Shown in pieces: positions 37,721-47,058 of a stretch of DNA of 64,000 nt. Location of the stretch: positions 2,994-66,993 of the forward strand of contig JABGQS010000013.1 in assembly GCA_018648645.1 (NCBI GenBank). The letters run 5' to 3'. Origin of the DNA: Clostridia bacterium. Its GTDB lineage: Bacteria > Bacillota > Clostridia > Christensenellales > SZUA-584. The position numbers were made by a program, and so were the translations under genes. Position 1 is the first letter of the stretch; the number at the start of each line of letters is the position of its first letter. A model generated the notes under the pieces. It saw only the letters and a list, made by a program, of their open reading frames with translations. It did not search any database and had not been told where the DNA came from.

Positions 37721-39070
37721 CTATATCATATAGTGTATGTCAGAACCAACGCTCGGATATGCAAATATCATTTTTTTAATATCGTCCGCAGCAATATCAA
37801 AAGCAATTGCCATAGTAAATATATTAATCAGCTCGTCTGCGTAGTTGCCGACAGCGTGCGCTCCGACGATTCGATTGGTCTTTTTGTCTACCAAAGTTTT
37901 AATTTTCGAATACCCATCGTTGGTTCGCCTGCTGGTATACCAACCCGAAGTATCCGTAGTCTTAACTTCGCACTCTATCCCGGCATCTGCCGCCTGCTCT
38001 GCACTCAGCCCCACCGCGGCGACTTTTGGCACGCTGTAAACAACGCTCGGGACCGCTTTATAACTCGCTGTTGCGTGGTTGCCGTTCAGCAGGTTGCTTG
38101 CGACAATCGCTGCTTCCATTCCCGCAATCGGCGTCAACGGCAGCCCGTCGGTTGCGGCGGCGTCTCCGGCGCTATAAACCTTTGGGTTGCTCACGCTTTG
38201 CAAAAACTCATTCACCACCACGCCATGCTTGCTTTGCTCAACATTGCCCTTATTAAGCTCCATATTATAAAGCGCAGGTATCCTGCCCGCTCCATGCACC
38301 ACCAAATCACATTCACAGGTTACCTGCTCGCCGTTTCCGATTCCTTTAACCAAAAACTTGTCGCCGCGCGGCTCAATACTGACCACCTGTGTTTGAAGAT
38401 ACAGCTCGATACCGATGTCCCGCGTTTTTTGTGTGAGAACCTCTACCATATCTGCGTCAAAGTTCTTTAGAGGTCTGCTTCCCCGTTCCATAATATGCAC
38501 CTTACTTCCGCTTCTTGCGCAAACATGCGCGAACTCAAACGATATAAACCCGCCGCCAACAAACAATATCTGCTCCGGCAGCTCCTCCAAATCCAAGAAA
38601 TCATTGCTGTACGTGATAAACTCTTCACCATCGATTCCAAGCGGCATTGGTCTGGATCCGCTCGCGATCATGATGTATTTCGCACTTAAATGGTTATCTG
38701 CTACACGAATACTGTCCTCGCTCTCAAAGCTCGCAACCCCGTGATATGCGTCTATGCCGGCCGCGGCAAGCCCTTTCTCCGTGCTTTTTGGCCGCTCCTT
38801 TGTAAAAGTATTCTTAAACGCCATCAGCTTTGACCAATCTACTTTGCTGTCGCCCTCAATACCGACTCCTCGCATACGATTTACTTGGTCCATCACCTCG
38901 GCAGCGCCCACCAAAACCTTTTTAGGGTCGCATCCCCGGTTTGCACAAGTTCCGCCAAAAGGCATGTCGTCAATAACAGCCACACTCCACCCTGCCTGTC
39001 TGCACTCATATGCGGTGGTCAATCCGGCAGAGCCGCTCCCAATTATTATAAGATCGTATGCTTTACTCAT
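37721..39070 (-). CDS. Class-I pyridine-nucleotide-disulfide oxidoreductase (glutathione/lipoamide-reductase fold)
   Basis: GAGGAG RBS. FAD site DLIIIGSGSAG, redox disulfide GGTCANRGCDPKK, NAD site FVGGGFISFE, dimerisation domain ending FAYPSVGSD. Confidence 0.8.
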   Translation of the reverse strand: MSKAYDLIIIGSGSAGLTTAYECRQAGWSVAVIDDMPFGGTCANRGCDPKKVLVGAAEVMDQVNRMRGVGIEGDSKVDWSKLMAFKNTFTKERPKSTEKGLAAAGIDAYHGVASFESEDSIRVADNHLSAKYIMIASGSRPMPLGIDGEEFITYSNDFLDLEELPEQILFVGGGFISFEFAHVCARSGSKVHIMERGSRPLKNFDADMVEVLTQKTRDIGIELYLQTQVVSIEPRGDKFLVKGIGNGEQVTCECDLVVHGAGRIPALYNMELNKGNVEQSKHGVVVNEFLQSVSNPKVYSAGDAAATDGLPLTPIAGMEAAIVASNLLNGNHATASYKAVPSVVYSVPKVAAVGLSAEQAADAGIECEVKTTDTSGWYTSRRTNDGYSKIKTLVDKKTNRIVGAHAVGNYADELINIFTMAIAFDIAADDIKKMIFAYPSVGSDIHYMI

Positions 39071-39311
39071 TGTGTCTCCTCATTGCTTTGCAGCGATAAA
39101 CGTTTGGACATTTGCTGTCCCTGCTCTGGTGCGCGTTTGATTTGCTAATGATTCGAGATTAAGTGGTACTTTCAATCTAGCAGTTGATAACTCATAATAT
39201 CATTCTTTTGGTTTTCCTTCAAACATATTGTGCGAATCGTTTGCTGCAAAGCGGAGCAAACAAAGATGATTGTGCTACAACCGGAAGAAACGAAACAAAC
39301 GCCGATATCGT

Positions 39312-39339
39312 TTGATATTTTGCACAAATCCTGTATAAT
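39312..39339 (+). promoter_or_regulatory. Sigma-70-type promoter for the TIM-barrel gene
   Basis: TTGATA, 16 nt, TATAAT. Confidence 0.45.
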
Positions 39340-39456
39340 TGAATTAACACCATGGATTATATACCAGCCGCTTTCAAACCGCACGACGGTCACTATTTAA
39401 GGTAGTAAGTTTTGCCGCAAAAGGCACATATAAATAAATAAAGGGAGATAAGAAAA

Positions 39457-40299
39457 ATGATGAGATTAGGTATGCACGCAGACAACATGAGAACAATCAG
39501 TCAGTCTTTTGATGCCGCGCTCGACATGGGGCAAAAGCACGGGCTCGAGTTTACAGAAGCCGGATTTACTCAAGGCAATTATTATGTCCAGTGGATGGGA
39601 TACGAACCTTCGGTGTCCTCTATCCAAAACCCAATTGAGATTCGCAGGAAGTGCGAAGCAAAGGGACTTCCTTTTTCTGCGCTCGACTGCGCGTTCCCGA
39701 TGTTTAGTTATGAGGGCGCAAACTACGGCGTACACTACATGCAGCAGGGCATTATGTACGGCAAGCTGCTTGGCTGCACCAAGATTGACAGCACTGACAG
39801 CGCGTTTAAAGACCCGGATTTGACGCTCGACGAGATATGGGACATCACCATACGCAACTATCGCGCTATTCTCAAATGGGCGGAAGATTTCGACATGATT
39901 ATTTGCATAGAGCCGCATGGCGAGCTTACAAATAACGTCGAGTATATGTACAAGCTGTTCTCATACTTCGAAAGCGAACACCTGCGGCTTAACATGGACA
40001 CGGGCAATACTTTCATTGCCGGAAATGACCCGCTGGAGTTTCTAAAACCGCTGCGCAAATACCTTGTACACGCACACATTAAGGACGTAAGCGCAGAACT
40101 TGCTGCTGCTCTGCGGGGCGAGGACACCGGTATCGCCTGCAGCGAATCGCCGATTGGTGAGGGCGTCAACGCACAGAACATAAGCGACATTATCAAATAT
40201 CTAAAAGAAACAAACTGGAGCGGTGACTTATCTATCGAATGTTCGGGCACCGAGGAGAACATACGCAAGAGCGTAGAGTGGTTGCGTCCACAAATATAG
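39457..40299 (+). CDS. Sugar phosphate isomerase/epimerase (xylose-isomerase-like TIM barrel)
   Basis: AAGGGAG RBS. Motifs ICIEPHGE, LNMDTGN, HAHIKDV. Confidence 0.75.
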   Translation: MMRLGMHADNMRTISQSFDAALDMGQKHGLEFTEAGFTQGNYYVQWMGYEPSVSSIQNPIEIRRKCEAKGLPFSALDCAFPMFSYEGANYGVHYMQQGIMYGKLLGCTKIDSTDSAFKDPDLTLDEIWDITIRNYRAILKWAEDFDMIICIEPHGELTNNVEYMYKLFSYFESEHLRLNMDTGNTFIAGNDPLEFLKPLRKYLVHAHIKDVSAELAAALRGEDTGIACSESPIGEGVNAQNISDIIKYLKETNWSGDLSIECSGTEENIRKSVEWLRPQI

Positions 40300-40423
40300 C
40301 AATTCGTATAAATAAGTATAGAGAGCACGTATATGTTTATTTTGTTTGCTTTAAAATGCATCAGCGTTGCTGTATAATTTGGTTAGGTTGAAAAATACAT
40401 GAAAACATTAAGGAGCGGTCAAC

Positions 40424-41275
40424 ATGAAGAGTTTAACAGACACACGCACACTATCAAACGGAGAGCAAATCCCTTGTTTGGGTTTTGGCACATGGCAAAC
40501 CCCAAACGGCAAAACGACTGTTAACGCAGTGGCGCAAGCGATTACGGCAGGGTATCGCCATATTGACGCCGCCGCGATTTATGGAAACGAAGTTAGCGTT
40601 GGAGAAGGCATCGCGCAGTCCGGCATCAACAGAGCCGACCTGTTTGTGACAAGCAAGCTTTGGAACAGCGAGAGGGGGCAAGAACGCACGATAGCCGCGT
40701 ATGAGAAAACGCTGAGTGACTTGAAGCTCGATTATCTCGACCTATACCTCGTCCACTGGCCGGCAGCAATCGGCACAACGAAAAACTGGGAAGAAGTGAA
40801 CGCGGACACATGGCGGGGGATGGAAAAGTTGTATCACGACGGGCGCGTAAAGGCAATCGGCGTCAGTAACTTTCTCCCGCACCATTTGACAGCGCTGATG
40901 GACATGAGCAATATCGCACCGATGGTTAATCAAATCGAGTTTCACCCGGGGCAGATGCAGCACGAAACGATGGCTTTCTGCAAACAGCACGATATATTGA
41001 TAGAGGCATGGAGTCCGCTCGGCACAGGAAAGATGCTGCGCAGCGAATCTCTGCGGACGATCGCAGGCAAATACAACAAATCGGTTGCGCAATTGTGCAT
41101 TCGCTGGTGCCTGCAAAACGACACTGTACCGCTGCCAAAATCCGCAACGCCCAGCCGAATAATAGAAAACGCGCAGGTTTTCGATTTTGAGATCTCGCCC
41201 GACGACATGGCACAGATCAACGCGATGCCGTATTTTGGCGGCTCGGGACTAAATCCCGATGAAATTCGGTTTTAG
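40424..41275 (+). CDS. Aldo/keto reductase (2,5-diketo-D-gluconate reductase-like)
   Basis: AAGGAG RBS. Motifs GFGTWQ, YRHIDAAAIYGNE, SKLWNS, LVHWP, EAWSPLG. Confidence 0.9.
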   Translation: MKSLTDTRTLSNGEQIPCLGFGTWQTPNGKTTVNAVAQAITAGYRHIDAAAIYGNEVSVGEGIAQSGINRADLFVTSKLWNSERGQERTIAAYEKTLSDLKLDYLDLYLVHWPAAIGTTKNWEEVNADTWRGMEKLYHDGRVKAIGVSNFLPHHLTALMDMSNIAPMVNQIEFHPGQMQHETMAFCKQHDILIEAWSPLGTGKMLRSESLRTIAGKYNKSVAQLCIRWCLQNDTVPLPKSATPSRIIENAQVFDFEISPDDMAQINAMPYFGGSGLNPDEIRF

Positions 41276-41340
41276 CAGCCGACGCAAACAGGCGGATACT
41301 CGAAACTTGAGCTGATTGAAAAGAGAAAGCGAGAGCTGCA

Positions 41341-42123
41341 ATGAAGTTTATCAAACGGATATTTAAAAGGCTGTTCGGTCGCAAGCTTGCTCTAAATAGA
41401 CGCACTTTTTGCAGCCCGCCGTCAAAGTACAGCAAGAAGATAGCGCGAATCGCCGGGTCGATTGATTCGGATAATACCGCCGATGGTGAAGTCGAGCTGA
41501 AAACTTTGAAGTTACTCGGATTTAAGCAAGAGAACATTCAGATATTCGCTCAGGAGTCTGATACGATCATCCTTGCCGAGAAGCAAATTGATATAAAAAG
41601 AAATGCAGTAACGCTAAAGGTAATCTCAATCCGCGGGTCAGACGTCGCATTTACTGAAAACGCCTTTAAGGATTGGATAAGCAACTTTGACGTAGGAAAG
41701 CTTTTTAAAGGCGCAGAGCACAAAGGCTTTGCGCAATCCACCGATCTCATAACGAGCAGTCGCGAATTTCAAAATTTCATAAAAAACCGAAAAGACACAA
41801 TTTTTCTTGTGACCGGTCACAGTCGCGGCGGCGCGATTGCTGCCGAAATAATGAACCATATGCTCAAAGAATTGGACTTTCCCGGCGACAATATTTATGG
41901 CTACACCTTTGGTGCACCAAGCACAATCAGGGGAGAGGACGAAGTGGACACCCGCATTGGCGAACTTGTGGGACTGCACCAAATTGAAAACGAGAATGAC
42001 AATGTTCCAAAGCTTCCGCCGCAAGCCTGGGGCTGGTCAAACCGCGGGACTGTGCATACAATATCATTTCCGGGAAAGATGTTCGAAGCGCATTCATTGA
42101 AAAGCTACGTGCGCTTCTTATAG
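41341..42123 (+). CDS. Class-3 lipase-like alpha/beta hydrolase
   Basis: Nucleophile elbow VTGHSRGGAIA, then YTFGAPS. Basic N-terminus and no clear signal peptide. Confidence 0.7.
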   Translation: MKFIKRIFKRLFGRKLALNRRTFCSPPSKYSKKIARIAGSIDSDNTADGEVELKTLKLLGFKQENIQIFAQESDTIILAEKQIDIKRNAVTLKVISIRGSDVAFTENAFKDWISNFDVGKLFKGAEHKGFAQSTDLITSSREFQNFIKNRKDTIFLVTGHSRGGAIAAEIMNHMLKELDFPGDNIYGYTFGAPSTIRGEDEVDTRIGELVGLHQIENENDNVPKLPPQAWGWSNRGTVHTISFPGKMFEAHSLKSYVRFL

Positions 42124-42879
42124 CGCGGGCTCTTTTTTTCGCAGCAAAAAAGGCAATATAGTGATCGTGACAATCGCCATCATAAAGCTGACCATCACTA
42201 TAAAGTGCCACGGCTGAGGCAGATTGATATTGACATGTGTCGGCAGATAATTCACATAGAAATAGTTACTGCCGATCAAGACGTTTGCACCAAACATAAC
42301 AACCCCCAAGGCTAAAACAGCGGTCAACAGCACCCACAATTTTACGCGAGGTCGGAATTTGTCGCCAAACACCCACAGCAGCGGCACCAGCGCCAGCACA
42401 AAATGACAGATGATATAACGCAGGTAAAAGAAGCTCATTATCGGGTAGTTTCCAAACGTGGGCATCACAAAAGCCAGCAGCGCGCCCGGCAGCCCAAAAG
42501 TGTAGCAGAATGTTTTTAGCTTGGCGTTTTGGGTTAATATCGCGATTGGCTGCAAGAACAGCATTATGCGGCATATTTGCAGCGGAAGATCTTCAGCCGT
42601 ATAAAACTGCCCAACAGCAAGCTTCCATATAATTCTGCTGATTTCCAGCAGCGGCATCATTATCGCCAGCGCTATCATCAGCCGCTTGCGGTGTTTTGCA
42701 CTCATTTTCCGATAAATCAATATCAGTAAAACAAACGCAACGAGCATCAGCGCAATCGTCACGAGATACTGCCACCCAAGGTTGTTGCCAATGCCTTTTG
42801 GCAAATTGATTTCGTGTTTCCAAAAATACTGAAAGATCATAGCGTTTGCCTCGATGTAAATCAACATATGCCTGCACAT
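42118..42879 (-). CDS. Polytopic integral membrane protein (about 7 TM helices; possibly YwaF/TMEM164-like)
   Basis: Strongly hydrophobic throughout. The start is uncertain (ATG at 42879, 42867 or 42840). Its stop overlaps the convergent lipase stop (TTATAG). Confidence 0.6.
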   Translation of the reverse strand: MCRHMLIYIEANAMIFQYFWKHEINLPKGIGNNLGWQYLVTIALMLVAFVLLILIYRKMSAKHRKRLMIALAIMMPLLEISRIIWKLAVGQFYTAEDLPLQICRIMLFLQPIAILTQNAKLKTFCYTFGLPGALLAFVMPTFGNYPIMSFFYLRYIICHFVLALVPLLWVFGDKFRPRVKLWVLLTAVLALGVVMFGANVLIGSNYFYVNYLPTHVNINLPQPWHFIVMVSFMMAIVTITILPFLLRKKEPAL

Positions 42880-43012
42880 CTAATGAGCAATACAGTGAGT
42901 TTATTTGATACACAATAATTCTACATCAGTTTACCGCATTTTTCAATTGTGACTGGTTCATAAATCAAAAATATGCTATAATCCAAACCAACTATAATAT
43001 AAGGGAGAACCC

Positions 43013-44275
43013 ATGTCGCACATCGTAGCAAAATCCGCATACAAAAACCTGCAAGAGCGAATCAACCGCTTTCCGCAAGGCGCTGCGCCCACGCAAACAC
43101 TGTACAAAATCTTAGGGCTGCTGTTTTCAGAGAAGGAAGCGCAGCTCGTGGCACAGCTGCCAATAAAGCCGTTCAAACCGAAAACGGCGTCAAAAATCTG
43201 GGGCACATCTTTTTCGGAGACAGTGAAAATTCTAGACACTCTGGCAAGCCGCTGCATACTCTTCGACATGGAAACAAACGGAGAAAAGCGTTACGTGCTG
43301 CCGCCGCCGATGGTCGGGTTTTTCGAGTTCGCTATGATGCGCGTTAGGGGCGACGTCGACCAAAAGCTGTTGAGCGAACTTTTTTATCAATACCTCATCG
43401 TCGAAGAGGACTTCATCAAAGACTTGTTTGACGGCTGCGAAACGCGATTCGGCAGAACGCTTGTCAACGAGAGCGTGCTTTCTACCGAGCAGTCCGCATA
43501 CGTGCTCGACTACGAGCGCGCGACGCACATCATAGAAACAGCAACCGACATCGGGGTCAGCCTGTGCTACTGCCGCCACGTCAAGGCGCACCTAGGCACA
43601 AATTGCGACGCTCCGCTCGAGATATGCCTTACCTTGGGTCAGTCTGCGTCCACGTTGATTCGCCACGAGTACGCGCGTCAAATCGACACAAGCGAGGGTC
43701 TTGAGCTGCTTGATGAAGCACGCGAGCGTGGTCTGGTTCAGTTCGCAGAAAACACTCGCAGCGATGTATCGTTTCTGTGCAGCTGCTGCGGATGCTGCTG
43801 CGAGGCTTTGAACGCCGCCAAGAACTTTGGTAACCTGCACCCGATACAGACCAGCAATTACTTACCGACGCTAAACGAAATCTCATGCATAAGCTGCGGC
43901 AATTGCGAGAAGGCTTGCCCCATTGATGTGATAACGATGACAATGGGCGACAAGAAGCTCCCCGACATCGAGAAGCAATACTGCCTCGGTTGCGGCGTTT
44001 GCGTACGCTCGTGCCCCAACAAATCGCTAACGCTGATAGAGCGAGACAGCAAAATCATCACTCCGGCAAACTCTGTGCACCGCACCGTGCTTATCGCAAT
44101 AGAGAAAGGTATGCTTGCCGACTTGCTGTTCGACAACAAGGCTTTGGCGAGCCACCGCGCGCTGGCCGCCGTCCTTTCTGCCATCCTAAAGCTGTCTCCT
44201 GTGCAAAAGCTGATGGCGAGCAAGCAGATGAAATCGGTGTACCTCGACAAACTGCTCGGTAAAATGAAGCTATAG
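43013..44275 (+). CDS. Uncharacterised Fe-S protein: Cys-rich CSCCGCCC motif plus a 2x[4Fe-4S] ferredoxin domain
   Basis: AAGGGAG RBS. Motifs CYCRH...C, FLCSCCGCCCE, CISCGNCEKACP, CLGCGVCVRSCP. Confidence 0.7.
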   Translation: MSHIVAKSAYKNLQERINRFPQGAAPTQTLYKILGLLFSEKEAQLVAQLPIKPFKPKTASKIWGTSFSETVKILDTLASRCILFDMETNGEKRYVLPPPMVGFFEFAMMRVRGDVDQKLLSELFYQYLIVEEDFIKDLFDGCETRFGRTLVNESVLSTEQSAYVLDYERATHIIETATDIGVSLCYCRHVKAHLGTNCDAPLEICLTLGQSASTLIRHEYARQIDTSEGLELLDEARERGLVQFAENTRSDVSFLCSCCGCCCEALNAAKNFGNLHPIQTSNYLPTLNEISCISCGNCEKACPIDVITMTMGDKKLPDIEKQYCLGCGVCVRSCPNKSLTLIERDSKIITPANSVHRTVLIAIEKGMLADLLFDNKALASHRALAAVLSAILKLSPVQKLMASKQMKSVYLDKLLGKMKL

Positions 44276-44290
44276 CGAAACTGCGAAACA

Positions 44291-44325
44291 AAAAAAGACC
44301 CCATAACAATACGGGTGTCTTTTTA
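44291..44325. terminator. Bidirectional terminator between convergent genes
   Basis: AAAGACCCC and GGGTGTCTTT (one bulge), flanked by an A-run on one side and a T-run on the other. Confidence 0.65.
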
Positions 44326-44386
44326 TTATATTTCACTATCCGCAAACTTGCTTAGCTGTGTACGTGCCGGTGAGTGAGCAATCCGG

Positions 44387-44854
44387 CTACTCCGTGGAGT
44401 AAACAAACGAACCGGCTCCGCTATATTCGGCGGTAAACACCAGATGCTCTCCGGGCTTGCTGCAGGTAACGATTTTGCCAATCTCATCGTTTAGTGTTTT
44501 ATATTCCCAATCCGCGCGCTTTAACTGCTCGATGTACATTTTCGCTGTGTCGTCATTGCCGCCCTCATAAGTGAGCGATACGCCGTCCTCGGTGTCGGTA
44601 ATGTCGGTAATCGTTATACCTTTTAATTGCGGAACGCTGCCGAGCTTATCCTTAGGCCAAGTCAGCTTAATCTTTACTGTAGTCTCTACATCAGCCTCTG
44701 CATCAGTTTCTACATCAGCCTCTGTATCAGTCTCTGCATTAGCCACGGCTGTAGTCTCTGCACTAGTCTCTGCAGTTGTTGAAACTGAAGCCGCACATGC
44801 GACAAGCAACAGTGACAATATTATCGCAAGCAAAATAAAAAATGTTTTTTTCAT
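44387..44854 (-). CDS. Small lipoprotein with an acidic Thr/Glu/Asp/Ala repeat linker
   Basis: GGAGG RBS. Signal peptide with lipobox LLVAC. Linker ETSAETTAVANAETDTEADVETDAEADVETT, then a ~95-aa globular domain. Confidence 0.75.
   Translation of the reverse strand: MKKTFFILLAIILSLLLVACAASVSTTAETSAETTAVANAETDTEADVETDAEADVETTVKIKLTWPKDKLGSVPQLKGITITDITDTEDGVSLTYEGGNDDTAKMYIEQLKRADWEYKTLNDEIGKIVTCSKPGEHLVFTAEYSGAGSFVYSTE
44683..44778 (-). repeat. In-frame 24/12-bp tandem repeat encoding the acidic linker
   Basis: + strand TCTCTACATCAGCCTCTGCATCAG / TTTCTACATCAGCCTCTGTATCAG, followed by degenerate TCTCTGCA units. Confidence 0.8.
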
Positions 44855-45059
44855 ATCTTCGCCTCCAAAAGTTTATTATCTACTTGAATTATACTATAAT
44901 AGCAGCGAATTGTATATATTACAGAGTCTTAAAGCCCGCGGCGCTCTCTCTGTGGGCGTATTTGCGCGCACGCATACATCTTGCCCTCATTATATAGAGA
45001 CAAAGAAGTGCAAGTATGATATTATTTTTGTATAGTTAAACATCAAAGGGGAGCATCTT

Positions 45060-45542
45060 ATGACGGGCTGCACAAAGAATAAAAATCAATTGCTATATGA
45101 CGAGCTGGCTCACTTCATTGCCGATTTGCCGGAGCGCAAGGGCGCGCTTATTTCGGTGCTGCACAAAGCGCAGAGCATATTCGGATATCTGCCGCGCGAG
45201 GTTCAGGAGTTTGTGGCAGGTCAGTTAAAAATACCTGTATCAAAAGTGTACGGCGTTGTCGAGTTTTACGCATTTTTTACTATGAAACCAAAAGGGCAGA
45301 TCCCGATTTCAATCTGCCTAGGGACGGCGTGTTTTATAAAAGGCGCAAAGGACGTGCTCAGCGAACTAAAGCAGATTTTGTCAATCGATGTCGGCGAGGT
45401 AACGCCGGACGGCAGGTTTTCAATCGACACGCTGCGGTGCGTAGGCACGTGCGCAATGGCGCCGGTAATTATGATTGACGAAAAAGTTTACGGCAATGTC
45501 GAGCGCAAAGACGTAAAAAAGATTATTCGCGAGCACCAATAG
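45060..45542 (+). CDS. NuoE/HydC/FdsG-like [2Fe-2S] thioredoxin-fold subunit
   Basis: AAGGGGAG RBS. Cys ligands CLGTAC ... CVGTCAMAP. Confidence 0.9.
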   Translation: MTGCTKNKNQLLYDELAHFIADLPERKGALISVLHKAQSIFGYLPREVQEFVAGQLKIPVSKVYGVVEFYAFFTMKPKGQIPISICLGTACFIKGAKDVLSELKQILSIDVGEVTPDGRFSIDTLRCVGTCAMAPVIMIDEKVYGNVERKDVKKIIREHQ

Positions 45543-45551
45543 GGAGCAGCT

Positions 45552-47048
45552 ATGGACGTTGTCACATCACTAAACAACATGACGTTTTACAAAAAGCAGC
45601 GGCGCATCGCGCTACGTAACTGCGGCGTTATCGACCCCGAAAATATCGACGAGTACATCGCATTCGACGGGTACAAAGCGCTCGCCACAGTGTTTGAGCA
45701 GCTGTCGCCCGACCAAGTGATTGATAACGTAAAACAATCTGGACTGCGAGGACGCGGAGGCGGCGGTTTCCCGACAGGGCGCAAGTGGGAGCTGGCAAGC
45801 GCGAAACAGTCGGACATCAAATACGTAATCTGCAACGCGGACGAAGGCGACCCCGGCGCTTTCATGGACAGGTCGATTCTCGAAGGCGACCCGCACAGCG
45901 TAATCGAAGCCATGACTATCTGCGGCTATGCCATCGGCGCAAACGAGGGCAAAATATACATCCGGGCGGAGTACCCGCTGGCGATTCACAGGCTGGAGAG
46001 GGCGATAGCCGACGCGAGGGAATACGGATTCATCGGCAAGAACTGCAACGGCAACGGCTTCGATTTCGACATCGAAATCAAGTACGGCGCAGGCTCGTTC
46101 GTGTGCGGCGAGGAAACGGCGCTCATCCGCTCGATGGAAGGCGAGAGGGGCGAGCCGACAATGCGACCTCCGTATCCTGCGGACGAAGGGTATTGGGGCA
46201 AGCCGACCAACGTTAACAACGTCGAAACGTTCGCAAACATCCCAAGCATAATACTAAACGGCGCGAAGTGGTTTGCCGACATTGGAACCGACAAATCAAA
46301 AGGCACAAAAGTGTTTTCACTCGCGGGCAAAGTCAATAACGTCGGGCTGATAGAAGTGCCGATGGGCATCACCCTGCGTGAAGTGATATACGACATCGGC
46401 GGCGGCATTGCGGGCGGCAAAGCATTCAAAGCCGTACAAACGGGCGGACCGTCAGGCGGGTGCCTCACGGCGGACGACCTTAACACCCCGATAGATTATG
46501 AAAACCTGCTGGCGGTGGGTTCAATGATGGGCAGCGGTGGCATGATCGTGATGGACGAAAGTGACTGCATGGTAGACTTTGCGAAATTCTACATGGAGTT
46601 TCTCGTGGAAGAATCGTGCGGAAAATGCACACCCTGCCGCGAGGGCACAAAGCGGCTGCACGAGCTGCTTGCAAAAATTACGCAGGGTGAAGCGGCTTTA
46701 AAAGACTTGCAAACCATACGGCAGTTGTGCGAAGTCGTCAAAGACTCGTCTCTTTGCGGTCTCGGGCAAACAGCACCCAATCCTGTTCTTTCCACGATGA
46801 CAAAGTTCAGCAAGGAGTATCTTGCGCACATCACAGACCATAAATGTCCCGCAGGCAAGTGCACGGCTTTGCTGCGTTTCAGCGTTGATGAGGGCAACTG
46901 CACTGGCTGCACGCTCTGTAAAAAAGCGTGCCCGACGCAAGCAATAACCGGCGAGGTCAAGCAAGTTCATTACATAGAGCAGAGCAAATGCATACGTTGC
47001 GATGCGTGCTATAAAGTCTGCAAATTTGACGCAATCATAAAGAAGTAG
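45552..47048 (+). CDS. NuoF/HydB/FdsB-like NAD(P)H- and FMN-binding subunit with a C-terminal 2x[4Fe-4S] ferredoxin domain
   Basis: AGGGAG RBS. Motifs [29 protein letters not shown]-terminal [12 protein letters not shown] and [12 protein letters not shown]. Confidence 0.9.
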   Translation: MDVVTSLNNMTFYKKQRRIALRNCGVIDPENIDEYIAFDGYKALATVFEQLSPDQVIDNVKQSGLRGRGGGGFPTGRKWELASAKQSDIKYVICNADEGDPGAFMDRSILEGDPHSVIEAMTICGYAIGANEGKIYIRAEYPLAIHRLERAIADAREYGFIGKNCNGNGFDFDIEIKYGAGSFVCGEETALIRSMEGERGEPTMRPPYPADEGYWGKPTNVNNVETFANIPSIILNGAKWFADIGTDKSKGTKVFSLAGKVNNVGLIEVPMGITLREVIYDIGGGIAGGKAFKAVQTGGPSGGCLTADDLNTPIDYENLLAVGSMMGSGGMIVMDESDCMVDFAKFYMEFLVEESCGKCTPCREGTKRLHELLAKITQGEAALKDLQTIRQLCEVVKDSSLCGLGQTAPNPVLSTMTKFSKEYLAHITDHKCPAGKCTALLRFSVDEGNCTGCTLCKKACPTQAITGEVKQVHYIEQSKCIRCDACYKVCKFDAIIKK

Positions 47049-47058
47049 GAGAGCCGAT

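Noticed and set aside
39172-39393. A 73-aa minus-strand ORF in the 39.1-39.4 kb gap.
   Set aside because: It has no RBS, overlaps the predicted promoter of the TIM-barrel gene, and has no motifs.
44855-45059. A Moco/Wco riboswitch or Rex box upstream of the FDH operon.
   Set aside because: I could not find the conserved Moco-riboswitch stems or loops, or any TGTGAA-N4-TTCACA-like palindrome. Only ordinary A/T-rich promoter-like sequence is present. An Rfam scan would settle it.
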